Source: Candidatus Saccharimonadota bacterium | GTDB lineage: Bacteria > Patescibacteriota > Saccharimonadia > UBA4664 | Length of the DNA stretch: 64,000 nucleotides | NCBI GenBank assembly: GCA_019352195.1 | Contig: JACAFG010000001.1 | Location: 66,485 to 130,484 of the forward strand | Direction: 5' to 3' | Shown here: positions 16,126 through 25,470 of the stretch, one piece after another | Layout of the letters: each line of letters opens with the position of its first letter | How positions within the stretch are numbered: the first letter of the stretch is position 1 | Position numbers and translations under genes: made by a program | Notes under the pieces: generated by a model | The model's database searches: none | Seen by the model: only the letters and a program-made list of their open reading frames with translations | What the model was told of the DNA's origin: nothing

Positions 16126-17472
16126 ATGAGCAAAACTACCCCACCGCTGCATTACTGGCACGAATGTATTAATTGCGGCCATCATTTTACGCCCGATAAG
16201 TTTTATTACACCTGTCCCGATTGCAATGGCTTGCTCCTGGTCATGCGCGACGAAGAAGCGGTCAAGGCTAGCATTGGCACGGGCGCTGCGGCTCGGGCTT
16301 ACATCGACCATTTGCGCTTTGGCGCCGCCCGCAAAGACTATCCCAACGATTCTGGAGTTTGGTTGTGGCGTAATTTTTTGCTGCCTGGCTTCCCTGAAGA
16401 CGCGATTGTTTCGCTGAAGGAGGGTCAAACCGATTTGTTTGAAGTGCCAGCCTGGCTAGGTAAAGAGGTGGGGCTATCCAACTTGTTTATCAAAATGGAA
16501 GGGCAGGCTCCATCCGAAAGCTTTAAGGATCGTGGCATGCCCGTAGCCATTTCCGATGCCTTGCGCCTCCAACGCACTCATCCCGAGCTCGGCATTACCG
16601 GCGTATCGTGTGCGAGCACCGGTGATACGTCGGCTGCCGCCGCCATATATTCCGCCTACGTGCGTGACCAGCTCAACTGCCTGGTACTGGTTCCGTTTGA
16701 GAAAATTGCTGACGCGCAACTGTTTCAAGCCATGGCTCACGGTGCTGATGTGCGCGCTATTAACCACCCCGATGGTTTTGACGGCTGCATGAAACTCATT
16801 GCGGAGTTTACCGCTACCCACCCAGAGCTCGTTCTGGTCAATTCCAAGAATGACATGCGCATTGTTGGTCAAGAAAGCATTGGTCTGGAGATAGTGCAAG
16901 ATCTGGGCTGGAAGGCACCCGACTTCATTAGTATCCCGGTAGGCAATGGCGGTAATCTTACCGCACTGCTTAACGGTCTGCTGCGGGCGAAAGAGTTTGG
17001 TTTAATCGACAAATTACCTAGCATCATTGCCGGCCAAACTGCCGCTGCCGACACGTTGGTCCGCTGGCAAGAAAGCGATTATAAAACCTATCAACCGGGC
17101 ACATTTACCGATACCGTAGCCTCAGCCATGAACATTAACGATCCAGTGAGTTTTCCTCGAATCAAAAAACTGCACGATCAATTCGATATTCATTTTTACC
17201 GCTCCACCGAAGCTGAAATTACCGACACTTGGGCGCAATTCATGCGTGGGGGAGCTAATATCTGCCCCCAGGGAGCAGTCGCCGTTCACGCGGTCACCCA
17301 AGCTCGCACGGCCAGCATTGTGAAAGAAAGTGATACCGTGGTAGCTATTTCAACAGCTTCGACGCTCAAGTTTACTGATGCTGGCATTGTGTATCACAAA
17401 AGTGATGCTCGGTTTGCCAACCCGTATAAAATTGTGCCAGGTAATGTTCATGACCTTGAAGCCTCGCTGTAG
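16126..17472 (+). CDS. thrC: threonine synthase
   Basis: N-terminal CxxC/CxxC; PSESFKDRG PLP lysine; CASTGDTSAA; PVGNGGN; ASAMNI.DPVS. Confidence 0.9.
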   Translation: MSKTTPPLHYWHECINCGHHFTPDKFYYTCPDCNGLLLVMRDEEAVKASIGTGAAARAYIDHLRFGAARKDYPNDSGVWLWRNFLLPGFPEDAIVSLKEGQTDLFEVPAWLGKEVGLSNLFIKMEGQAPSESFKDRGMPVAISDALRLQRTHPELGITGVSCASTGDTSAAAAIYSAYVRDQLNCLVLVPFEKIADAQLFQAMAHGADVRAINHPDGFDGCMKLIAEFTATHPELVLVNSKNDMRIVGQESIGLEIVQDLGWKAPDFISIPVGNGGNLTALLNGLLRAKEFGLIDKLPSIIAGQTAAADTLVRWQESDYKTYQPGTFTDTVASAMNINDPVSFPRIKKLHDQFDIHFYRSTEAEITDTWAQFMRGGANICPQGAVAVHAVTQARTASIVKESDTVVAISTASTLKFTDAGIVYHKSDARFANPYKIVPGNVHDLEASL

Positions 17473-17671
17473 GCCCTAACATCTCAACAGCCCAGAGTCC
17501 GCGGGTGCGGATCCTGGACTTTTGACAGGGGACTGAGCTAGTCCTCCTCAGCGGCACCGCCGTCATCAGGGGGAGCCGGTGCTTTCGGTGCAGGAGCATG
17601 GGGTTCTGGGTCTTGCTCCTGAGGCTAGGGATCATCTGATTGCAATAGATTTGTGGTCAGATGCAAGACTC

Positions 17672-18244
17672 TTAGCGGAGCAAACGAAACGCCGGCTCCT
17701 GGCGCTTCAACTGCGCCATCATGGCCTGCTCTACTGTATCGAGATCAAATTCGTGTAGCATGAGTTGATAAAACTGCCACATCGCTTCAGCGTCGGCCAG
17801 CGCTCGATGCCGGGCGCTCACGGGAATTTGGTGACGTTCGATAATGGCTTCCAAGCTATGCTTTGAATACTGCGGAAACAGGCGACGGCTGAGTTTTACT
17901 GTGCATAACAAAGGCGGCGCAAACAAATTGTGTTGCTTAGCAAATTCGCGCTTCATAAAGCCATAATCAAAGCTAACATTGTGCGCGGTAAAAATAGTCC
18001 CATCTAAAATTTCGAGCAACCGAGGTACCGCTTGTTCAAACTGAGGCGCGTGCTCAATGTCGTCGTTAGTGATGCCGGTAATTTCGGTAATTATGGGCGG
18101 CACATACCCAAGCGGGTCCAACATGGTCTCGAAAGTATCCACCACGCGGTTGTTCTCTACCCTAATTATGCCAATTTCGAGCACGCGCGAATCAATGCTT
18201 CCGCCCGTGGTTTCAACGTCAATAAAGGCCAGCGGATAACTCAT
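17672..18244 (-). CDS. DEDDh 3'-5' exonuclease (DNA Pol III epsilon-like)
   Basis: FIDVETTG, AHNVSFD and HRALADA Exo I-III motifs. Confidence 0.92.
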   Translation of the reverse strand: MSYPLAFIDVETTGGSIDSRVLEIGIIRVENNRVVDTFETMLDPLGYVPPIITEITGITNDDIEHAPQFEQAVPRLLEILDGTIFTAHNVSFDYGFMKREFAKQHNLFAPPLLCTVKLSRRLFPQYSKHSLEAIIERHQIPVSARHRALADAEAMWQFYQLMLHEFDLDTVEQAMMAQLKRQEPAFRLLR

Positions 18245-18294
18245 CGGTTTCATCACACTATCTTATGGGCACAGTCCCAAAGGGCGCAAGCGGG

Positions 18295-18695
18295 CTATTT
18301 GTTGGGTTTTTCGACCATATCGATAAGCTGTTTGATCAACTCGAGCTGCTCTTGGTTAATAGCAATAAGCTCGGCTACCTCTTTTTCGGCCCGCACATTG
18401 GTGTTAAAGTCGTGTTCGGCCATCACCGCGCTAATAGCATCTTGGCGTTTGGCTGCAATAAGCAAAATTGCTCCCTGCAAACCAGCCAACATCGACAAAA
18501 AAAGTTCAGCAATATGAAGGGGTAGTTATCCCAGTGACCAAACAGGTCAGAGGTATTAATGAGCGCCCAAATGCCCATAAAAACCAGAAAGCCAAAAACA
18601 AACGGTCAGCTACCCATGCCGTTACGCAGTCTGTCGGCCGAGCGCTGCCCCATAGTGAGGCTACGCTTATGGTCGGTGTGCCAATTTGTTGCCAT
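18295..18695 (-). pseudogene. DUF1003-family membrane protein pseudogene
   Basis: MATNWH...GQRSAD...MGS*PF...WDNYPFILLNF / LSMLAGLQGAILLIAAKRQD; TGA at 18608-18606 in place of the family GSW Trp; 1-nt loss in the T7 run at 18497-18503. Confidence 0.85.
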
Positions 18696-18822
18696 GCGCG
18701 CATTGTAGCATAAGCGGGTTGATCTGAAAGTACGGCTTCAGTTCGTCTGAATATTTAATTGCAACAAATGATAAGCCCCCGACGAGAGCGGGAGCTCATC
18801 AACGGGGGTCTAGAAATCGAAG

Positions 18823-19272
18823 CTACGACGAGCAATCGCGCAACGGATGCGGGTCGCTTGTCGTATTGTGGGCCGCCTTGTGGATGAGGTACAAAGTCGC
18901 CAGATCGAGACTCTCCAGGTCAGAGCCGGCAGCGATGTCTGGATGCCGCTCCAACAAATGATTCACAAGCACCCTACGGTCGAGGTTAAGGCTGCACCAG
19001 TGTTCGAACGCCTCCAAATGAGCACTGTCAGCTTGCGGGCTATCAGTGGCCAAGGTCCAGCGACTGGTTCGTTCGCGAGTTAGCCGGAACGTCCGCCGGT
19101 ACAGGCAGCCGTGCCACGTGTCGCCGTTGATGCCGGTGATAAAGGCTAGCTCAGCCTCTCCGCCAAAAGGGCGCAAACGCAAAGGCTGGCCGCTACGCCA
19201 ATGCTGCGCGAGCAGCGCCTCGGTCAGATCGGACAAGCCATAGACGATTTGAGGTGATACTTTAGTGACCAT
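18823..19272 (-). CDS. hypothetical protein
   Basis: 149-aa ORF, no recognised motif. Confidence 0.55.
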   Translation of the reverse strand: MVTKVSPQIVYGLSDLTEALLAQHWRSGQPLRLRPFGGEAELAFITGINGDTWHGCLYRRTFRLTRERTSRWTLATDSPQADSAHLEAFEHWCSLNLDRRVLVNHLLERHPDIAAGSDLESLDLATLYLIHKAAHNTTSDPHPLRDCSS

Positions 19273-19384
19273 ACCGCATCTCGTTTCTCGGGTTCGCTAC
19301 GGCTCCACCGCAGATTGGATATCGAGCCGTGCGCTCGAAGGATATTCTACTATTGCACGTTTGTCGAATATTAGCAATCAACAG

Positions 19385-19413
19385 TTGACAGGTATTAGTT
19401 AAGTTACTAATAT
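19385..19413 (+). promoter_or_regulatory. sigma70 promoter overlapped by a putative MarR operator
   Basis: TTGACA (19385)-17 nt-TAATAT (19408); inverted repeat TATTAGT-N6-ACTAATA at 19393-19412. Confidence 0.7.
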
Positions 19414-19424
19414 TGTTAGAGTCT

Positions 19425-19883
19425 ATGAATAATCACGAACAATCTATCAGCGAACTTTATGAACACTTGGGCGAACTCAAGCGTATGATGATGCGTACTC
19501 GCGATCAAATGCTTGGCGAGCACCAGCTTACCCGGACTCAAGTTGAAGTAATGGCGGCTCTTCGGCACAACGGCGATCAAACCATTGGCGAAGTGGCCGA
19601 TTATTTGGGAGTAACCCATAGTGCGAGTACTCAGACCGTTGAAACCATGGTAAAACGCGGGTTAGTTGAACGCTTTAACGACGCCACCGATCGCCGCATC
19701 GTTCGCATCAAACTCACGAGCGAAGGTATCGTCTTAGCCGATACGCTGTATCAAAGTCATCTTGGCCACATGAAAGCCGTGTTTTCTGATCTCAGCGAAG
19801 ACGAGCTCCGGGTCATGATAACGGTGCTGAGCCGGCTTACTCGCCAGTTCAACAATAATCCAGCCCCAAAAGGAGGTGAATAG
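19425..19883 (+). CDS. MarR-family transcriptional regulator
   Basis: LTRTQ..V...[21 protein letters not shown]....DRR...IKLTSEG. Confidence 0.93.
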   Translation: MNNHEQSISELYEHLGELKRMMMRTRDQMLGEHQLTRTQVEVMAALRHNGDQTIGEVADYLGVTHSASTQTVETMVKRGLVERFNDATDRRIVRIKLTSEGIVLADTLYQSHLGHMKAVFSDLSEDELRVMITVLSRLTRQFNNNPAPKGGE

Positions 19884-21487
19884 TGCCCGATACTAAACCA
19901 CGGCCCGTAGCCATGGCTGCTAGCTATGATGAGCCACAGGAACGCACCCACGCCGAAATTATGGTTGTCATGGGCGCACTCATGCTCGCCATGCTTTTGG
20001 CCGCGCTGGATCAGAGCATTGTATCAACGGCGCTGCCCAAGATTGGCCGTGAACTGAACGCGCTTAATAAAGTCTCGTGGGTTGCCAGCTCGTACCTCAT
20101 TGCTTCGGCCATTGTGACGCCAATTTATGGCAAACTTGGCGATTTATTTGGCCGCAAGAAAATCTTCCAGATCTCAATCGTTATCTTTTTACTGGGTTCT
20201 GCCCTCTCGGGGCTGAGCCAAACGATGAATCAACTCGTATTCTTCCGCGGCGTTCAGGGCCTCGGCGGTGGCGGTTTGATGGCGTTAGTACTTGCCATCA
20301 TTGGTGATGTGGTTCCTCCGCGGCAACGTGGCCGCTACCAAGGTTACTTTGGAGCGGTCTTTGGCATCGCCACAGTAGCAGGTCCGCTGCTCGGGGGCTT
20401 GTTCACCGATCATCTCGGCTGGCGCTGGATCTTTTACATCAACATTCCCCTGGGCATTGCCGCCATTGCGGTTGTCGCGGCGCGCTTGCACTTACCAGTT
20501 GTTCGCCGCGAGCACAAGATCGACTACGCTGGTGCAGCGCTCATGGCCTTCTCAGTAGTGTGCTTTATGTTGGTTGCCATTTGGGCCAATGTTACGTATG
20601 ACTGGGGTTCCACACAAATTATCGGCTTGAGCATCGGTGCCGTGCTGGGTACCATTGCGTTCGTTATTCGTGAGCACTACGCTCCTGAGCCGCTCATTCC
20701 TCTCAAATTATTTAAGAGCGACATCTTCCGGGTCGCCTCATTACTATCATTCCTCGCCGGTATCGCCATGTTTGCAGCCATTCTTTACATTCCGCTTTAC
20801 CAGCAGATTGTTCATGGCTACTCGGCAACCAAGAGTGGTCTGTTGATGCTGCCATTGGTAGCAGGACTGTTTTCCGCCTCACTCACCTCCGGGCGCCTCA
20901 CCACCAAGTACGGCAAATACCGCATTTTCCCCATCATAGGTACGCTCGTTTTAGCCCTTGGTCTGTGGCTGTTTAGTCATCTCGGCGTCAATACTAATCA
21001 AATCCTCATGTCGGCTTGGATGATAGTGCTGGGAGCAGGACTAGGCCTGTTTATGCAGGTGCCAACCTTGGCCGTGCAAAACGCCATGCCGCGCTCGGAG
21101 CTGGGTACGGCCACCTCAACAGTGACCTTCTTCCGCAGCATCGGTTCGGCCTTGGGGGGCGCCGTCTTCGGCACCATTCTCACATCGCGCCTCACTCACC
21201 ATTTGGCCCAGCAGCCCGTTGCGGCACACCTCCACTTGACTGCGAGCAGCCTTAATAGTGGCGCAGCCGCTGCTGCCGGCAACGTTCCGCCAGAACTAGC
21301 CGAGAGCATTCACGCCGCCATTTCACAGGCCTATGTTATGAGTTTTCATGACATGTTCCTCATTGCCATCCCGTTTGCTCTCGCCGCCTTTGGAGTTGCC
21401 TTGTTCCTGCGCGAACAGCCGTTACGTGGCTCGGCCGAGCAAATGGCCGAAGGCGCGGCTATGGAACCGACACCCGCTGCTCACTAA
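19883..21487 (+). CDS. MDR MFS transporter, DHA2 (EmrB/QacA) type
   Basis: [39 protein letters not shown]; about 14 TM helices. Confidence 0.94.
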   Translation: MPDTKPRPVAMAASYDEPQERTHAEIMVVMGALMLAMLLAALDQSIVSTALPKIGRELNALNKVSWVASSYLIASAIVTPIYGKLGDLFGRKKIFQISIVIFLLGSALSGLSQTMNQLVFFRGVQGLGGGGLMALVLAIIGDVVPPRQRGRYQGYFGAVFGIATVAGPLLGGLFTDHLGWRWIFYINIPLGIAAIAVVAARLHLPVVRREHKIDYAGAALMAFSVVCFMLVAIWANVTYDWGSTQIIGLSIGAVLGTIAFVIREHYAPEPLIPLKLFKSDIFRVASLLSFLAGIAMFAAILYIPLYQQIVHGYSATKSGLLMLPLVAGLFSASLTSGRLTTKYGKYRIFPIIGTLVLALGLWLFSHLGVNTNQILMSAWMIVLGAGLGLFMQVPTLAVQNAMPRSELGTATSTVTFFRSIGSALGGAVFGTILTSRLTHHLAQQPVAAHLHLTASSLNSGAAAAAGNVPPELAESIHAAISQAYVMSFHDMFLIAIPFALAAFGVALFLREQPLRGSAEQMAEGAAMEPTPAAH

Positions 21488-21601
21488 GTCGGAGTTAATC
21501 GAACTCAGCAAGTAAGATTTGATCCAATACCACTCGGATTGCATGAGGCAGCCGGGTGGTTTCTGGTTATGCTAGAATAGGAGTAATAATAAGGGCTACG
21601 G

Positions 21602-22804
21602 ATGGCAGATTCTGTCGAGGCGTCAAAGTCCAAAGAAATCTCCGGCGAATTTAACGCTTCTACGAATGCCGAAGACTTATTGGCGCAGCTGCCCCAACCC
21701 GATGTGACGGCTGTAGTTGAAGCGGTTGCAACCGATCCGTGGGCCAATTCGCCGTGGACAGCCGGTGTCGATACCGCCAACCTAGAGCGGCCAGCGCGTA
21801 TAATGACTGATGCCGAAATTGAGGCCGCCAAAGCTAAGCCAGAATGGGTCGTAAAGGCTGAACGCAAAGAGGCGATCACGGAGGCGAGCCTAAGCATCAC
21901 CATTGATAAGGCAGCGCTCGCCACCATTCTGGACGGCCGTCCCGACCTCATTAGTCATGGCAATGCGGCGGATAGTTTAGACCGCGCCCGTGAGATCGAA
22001 GCGCAAATTGAGCGCCGAGCCGATCTCCAACGAACCATCGACGCCATTGCAGCGTTGCCCGAGCACCTCAATTTTCAGCCCGGAATCACGTTGGTGCTTG
22101 GCGAAAACGGCGTCGGCAAATCCACGCTCGCGAAGGCCTTACAACTGGCAGCCGAGGTAGCCGAGTGGGTAGACCAATTTGGAGGTACCTTCGAAGAAGC
22201 TAAGAAAATGGTGCTCCAAGGATCTGACTCCGCCCGGTCAACTTCGTCAGTACGGGTACAAATGTCGGGCCTTGCACCAGATATTGCACGCGCCATCACC
22301 GTTGATGAGATGCAAAATTATGGTTACCTGCGTTACTACGATGCCGCGGAGCTTATGGGCTCTAAAGTTGAAAAGCAGCTATCGAGCGCCATGGATTACC
22401 GGCTTAACTCTCAGATTGACGGTTCCCGGAATCGCTCACACCGTCAGACCATCGACGCCGATCTATTTGAATATGTAAAAGCCAACACCGAACGCGAATT
22501 GGCAATACGTCGCGCTCGTGCCGAAAATCATCCGCATCCGCTCGAAGAAGATGGTGCACCGAATTATCATGCCAACCGCAGTAGCGAAGGTCCCCAGATC
22601 TATTTCTTCGACGAACCAGAAGTCGGCATGAGCCCGCGTCGGCAGCGCGCGCTTGAGGCGCAACTAAAAGCTATAACCATGCCCGGTTCTGTCCTGATTA
22701 TCCCTACGAACTCAACTGTGCTCTACGATACCGACTTGCCCCGGATCGATTTAGAATTTCCTGAGCGCGGCATTTTTGGTCCCAGCGAGTATCCGGAGGA
22801 CTAA
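21602..22804 (+). CDS. ABC/AAA-type ATPase (COG3910-like) with long N-terminal extension
   Basis: ITLVLGENGVGKST Walker A; YFFDEPE..MSPRRQ Walker B region. Confidence 0.8.
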   Translation: MADSVEASKSKEISGEFNASTNAEDLLAQLPQPDVTAVVEAVATDPWANSPWTAGVDTANLERPARIMTDAEIEAAKAKPEWVVKAERKEAITEASLSITIDKAALATILDGRPDLISHGNAADSLDRAREIEAQIERRADLQRTIDAIAALPEHLNFQPGITLVLGENGVGKSTLAKALQLAAEVAEWVDQFGGTFEEAKKMVLQGSDSARSTSSVRVQMSGLAPDIARAITVDEMQNYGYLRYYDAAELMGSKVEKQLSSAMDYRLNSQIDGSRNRSHRQTIDADLFEYVKANTERELAIRRARAENHPHPLEEDGAPNYHANRSSEGPQIYFFDEPEVGMSPRRQRALEAQLKAITMPGSVLIIPTNSTVLYDTDLPRIDLEFPERGIFGPSEYPED

Positions 22805-23595
22805 GCCGCTTTCAGCTCGGCCACGGCCGGCACCATTTCGACAAGTTTAGCTCCTTTTACGAAGCTACCAGTCCTATTGTCCTTGGTGGCCACGTTAGCA
22901 CCAACCAGAAAACCGAGCAGTTGATCCACTTGTGGCTTGGCTGCGTCGTAATTGTAGCTAGATCCCGTCGGCCTGTAATCGTAAACATACGTAAAATCGA
23001 CTTCACGTACCGGCACGGCAGTGGCGCCCTTGACATACAAAAAGTCCTGAATCTTACGCCCCTCGACACTAACACCGGCTTCACCCAACGCCACAACATC
23101 TCCCCTATCCCAGGCTGGACGCGAATTGGGTGTCTCTAACGTCAGCATAAAATTGTCATCAAGTGAATCGGTGGAATAGCCCAGGCCCAAACGGTAAGCC
23201 TTGTCTTCGCCAACGTAGGTGAGTAAATCAATTTGTCTTAAAGACGCGTTGCCCTCCGCCCGAGGGTGGGGCCGAGACATGTCGGCAGCTTGGGCCACAA
23301 TTTCAGCCAAAGCAGCACGAACTTTCTCAATGCGCTCAGCGGATTCCGGAGTTTTGTCGGCCTCAGGTGTGATAGGGCGAAGATCAGCTGGCAATTCAGC
23401 CTTGGCACCAGTGGGAGCTGCTGCAACAACAGCTTCACCGGACACAGCCCCTTCCGCCAGCGGCGTTGGCACGGGCGCAACAGTTGGTTCGGCAGCCGTA
23501 GTCACATCGGCAGCTGCTACTTCGGTGGACACCGCAGGCGTCTCGGGAGCGGGCGTTAATGGTTCTGGCGTGGTACCAGCAGCGTCGATCGGCAT
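22801..23595 (-). CDS. hypothetical protein with Pro/Ala/Thr-rich N-terminus
   Basis: 264-aa ORF convergent on the ATPase; stop codons overlap. Confidence 0.7.
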   Translation of the reverse strand: MPIDAAGTTPEPLTPAPETPAVSTEVAAADVTTAAEPTVAPVPTPLAEGAVSGEAVVAAAPTGAKAELPADLRPITPEADKTPESAERIEKVRAALAEIVAQAADMSRPHPRAEGNASLRQIDLLTYVGEDKAYRLGLGYSTDSLDDNFMLTLETPNSRPAWDRGDVVALGEAGVSVEGRKIQDFLYVKGATAVPVREVDFTYVYDYRPTGSSYNYDAAKPQVDQLLGFLVGANVATKDNRTGSFVKGAKLVEMVPAVAELKAA

Positions 23596-23659
23596 ACGAT
23601 TATCCTTAGTAATTAACCGTAAGTATATACCACGCCAAAAGTCGGCGCGAGCGCCCTTG

Positions 23660-23693
23660 CCTCAGCCCAATCTCAGCCTAATAATGCTACGAT
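23660..23693 (+). promoter_or_regulatory. OmpR/MprA-type direct-repeat box plus -10
   Basis: CTCAG at 23661 and 23672 (11-bp period); TACGAT 23688-23693, 6 nt before ATG. Confidence 0.6.
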
Positions 23694-23699
23694 GCGCGT

Positions 23700-24377
23700 A
23701 TGAGAATTTTAATTGTCGAAGACGAACACAAAATTGCCGGCGCCATCAAGCGCGGGCTCGAACAAGAAGCCTATGCTGTTGATGTGGCTTACGAAGCCGA
23801 CGATGGTTTGAGCTCGGCGCTCACCGGCGACTACGATGTAATCATTTTGGATCGCATGCTTCCCGGGCTTATCGAAGGCGTTGAAATCGCCAAAGAGGTA
23901 CGCGCAAACGGCCTTCATACACCCATCCTCATGCTCACCGCCAAAGATCAAATTGCCGACCGTGTGGCGGGCCTCAACGCTGGCGCCGACGACTATTTGG
24001 TTAAACCGTTTGCCTTCGAAGAATTGCTCGCCCGTGTGCGTGCATTGCTCCGCCGTCCACAGGAACATCAAGGTAACACTCTGGGGCTCGATGATCTCAC
24101 GCTGGATACCGTGTCATTTGAGGTTAAGCGTGCCGGCCGCCGGCTCGAACTTTCCCAAAAAGAGTTTGCCCTGCTCGAGTATTTGTTACGTAATCAAAAC
24201 CGTGTCCTATCGAAAGACAACCTTATCGCCCATGTTTGGGACTACGACGCCGACGTTCTGCCAAATACGGTCGAAGTGTACGTTGGTTACTTGCGTAACA
24301 AGATTGACCGCCCATTCTCCGGTCCAGCTCTGCTTCATACGGTTCGCGGTTTTGGTTATAAACTAGGGATAGAATGA
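23700..24377 (+). CDS. OmpR/PhoB-family response regulator
   Basis: ILIVEDE, LDRMLP, LMLTA, GADDYLVKPF, winged helix TVRGFGY. Confidence 0.96.
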   Translation: MRILIVEDEHKIAGAIKRGLEQEAYAVDVAYEADDGLSSALTGDYDVIILDRMLPGLIEGVEIAKEVRANGLHTPILMLTAKDQIADRVAGLNAGADDYLVKPFAFEELLARVRALLRRPQEHQGNTLGLDDLTLDTVSFEVKRAGRRLELSQKEFALLEYLLRNQNRVLSKDNLIAHVWDYDADVLPNTVEVYVGYLRNKIDRPFSGPALLHTVRGFGYKLGIE

Positions 24378-25435
24378 AACGCAATCTTCCCCAATTTCTG
24401 ACCACTCGACCAAGAATTACTCCAACCGTCAAACTAACAATTTCATACCTCGCCCTCCTCATGGCTTTAAGCCTGATATTGACGATACCGCTGTACCGAT
24501 CGTCTACCGGCGCCGCCGACCGTGGTCTGCGGAGCGAGCGATTGTACTTTGAGGGTGCTAATCCGTATTCCATAGGCCCCAACTATCAGCAGATTGAGCT
24601 AGGACAAGTTACCGGCTTCCATAAACACCTGCTCAATGAGCTCATTACTCTCAATCTCTTGGTGCTGCTGATTGGCGGTGGCCTAAGTTTTTACTTAGCT
24701 AGGCGAACGTTGTCGCCTATCGAGGCCGCCTTGGCTGCGCAAAGCCGCTTTGCTGCCGACGCCTCCCATGAACTTCGCACGCCCCTAACCGCTATGAAGA
24801 GCGAAATCGAAGTAAGCCTGCGCGATCCGCATCTACCGATTGCTGGTGCTAGGGAGCTCCTAAAATCTAATCTCGAAGAAGTTGCCAAGCTTGAAGCCTT
24901 GGCCGGCGGCTTACTGAGGCTCGCCCGACACGGAAATGAGCGCTTGCCGCTAAGCCCCGTTGATCTATCTGAAATATCGGCTAAGGCAATCAGTCGGCTA
25001 AGTGTAGCCGCCGAACAACAGCACGTCAGCATCAATATGGCGGATGTTTCGGGGACTGTTTTGGCTGATCCCGATGCGCTGCTCGAGCTAACGGTAATAT
25101 TGCTTGATAATGCCATTAAGTATTCATCTGCTGCTAGCGAAGTTAAGCTATATGCCAAGCGTCATGGCGCTATCATCGATTTCACCGTTAAAGACACGGG
25201 GACGGGTATTGCTGCGAGCGATTTGCCGCACATTTTTGACCGTTTCTACCGCGCCGATACATCACGCTCCAAAGTTACGCCTGGCTATGGGCTTGGGCTG
25301 TCCATTGCTGCGCGCATTGCAGAACTGCACGGCGCTAGCATTGATGCCACGAGCAAGCTGGGGGCAGGTTCGCACTTTACGATTCATTTGCGCGCGGCTG
25401 GAACGCAGCCCAAGGCACTGCCGGCCAAGGTTTAG
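24374..25435 (+). CDS. sensor histidine kinase
   Basis: Two TM helices; DASHELRTP H-box, LLDNAIKY, DTGTGI, FDRFYR, GLGLSI. Confidence 0.96.
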   Translation: MKRNLPQFLTTRPRITPTVKLTISYLALLMALSLILTIPLYRSSTGAADRGLRSERLYFEGANPYSIGPNYQQIELGQVTGFHKHLLNELITLNLLVLLIGGGLSFYLARRTLSPIEAALAAQSRFAADASHELRTPLTAMKSEIEVSLRDPHLPIAGARELLKSNLEEVAKLEALAGGLLRLARHGNERLPLSPVDLSEISAKAISRLSVAAEQQHVSINMADVSGTVLADPDALLELTVILLDNAIKYSSAASEVKLYAKRHGAIIDFTVKDTGTGIAASDLPHIFDRFYRADTSRSKVTPGYGLGLSIAARIAELHGASIDATSKLGAGSHFTIHLRAAGTQPKALPAKV

Positions 25436-25470
25436 CTCGAACTCAAACTACGCTATAATTAAGCGTAAGC

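Noticed and set aside
17480-17640. GC-rich stretch as ncRNA or gene
   Set aside because: No recognisable RNA motif; the best minus-strand frame is a short Pro-rich fragment containing a stop
7836-18608. UGA recoding (code 4 or 25), suggested by TGA at likely Trp positions in the EEP and DUF1003-like genes
   Set aside because: Many intact genes end in TGA, often overlapping the next start (15273, 29346, 29738, 60525); both genes also carry frameshifts; long genes have no internal TGA
21602-23595. ATPase plus neighbour as an anti-phage defence system
   Set aside because: The genes are convergent rather than operonic and no nuclease or effector motif is recognisable
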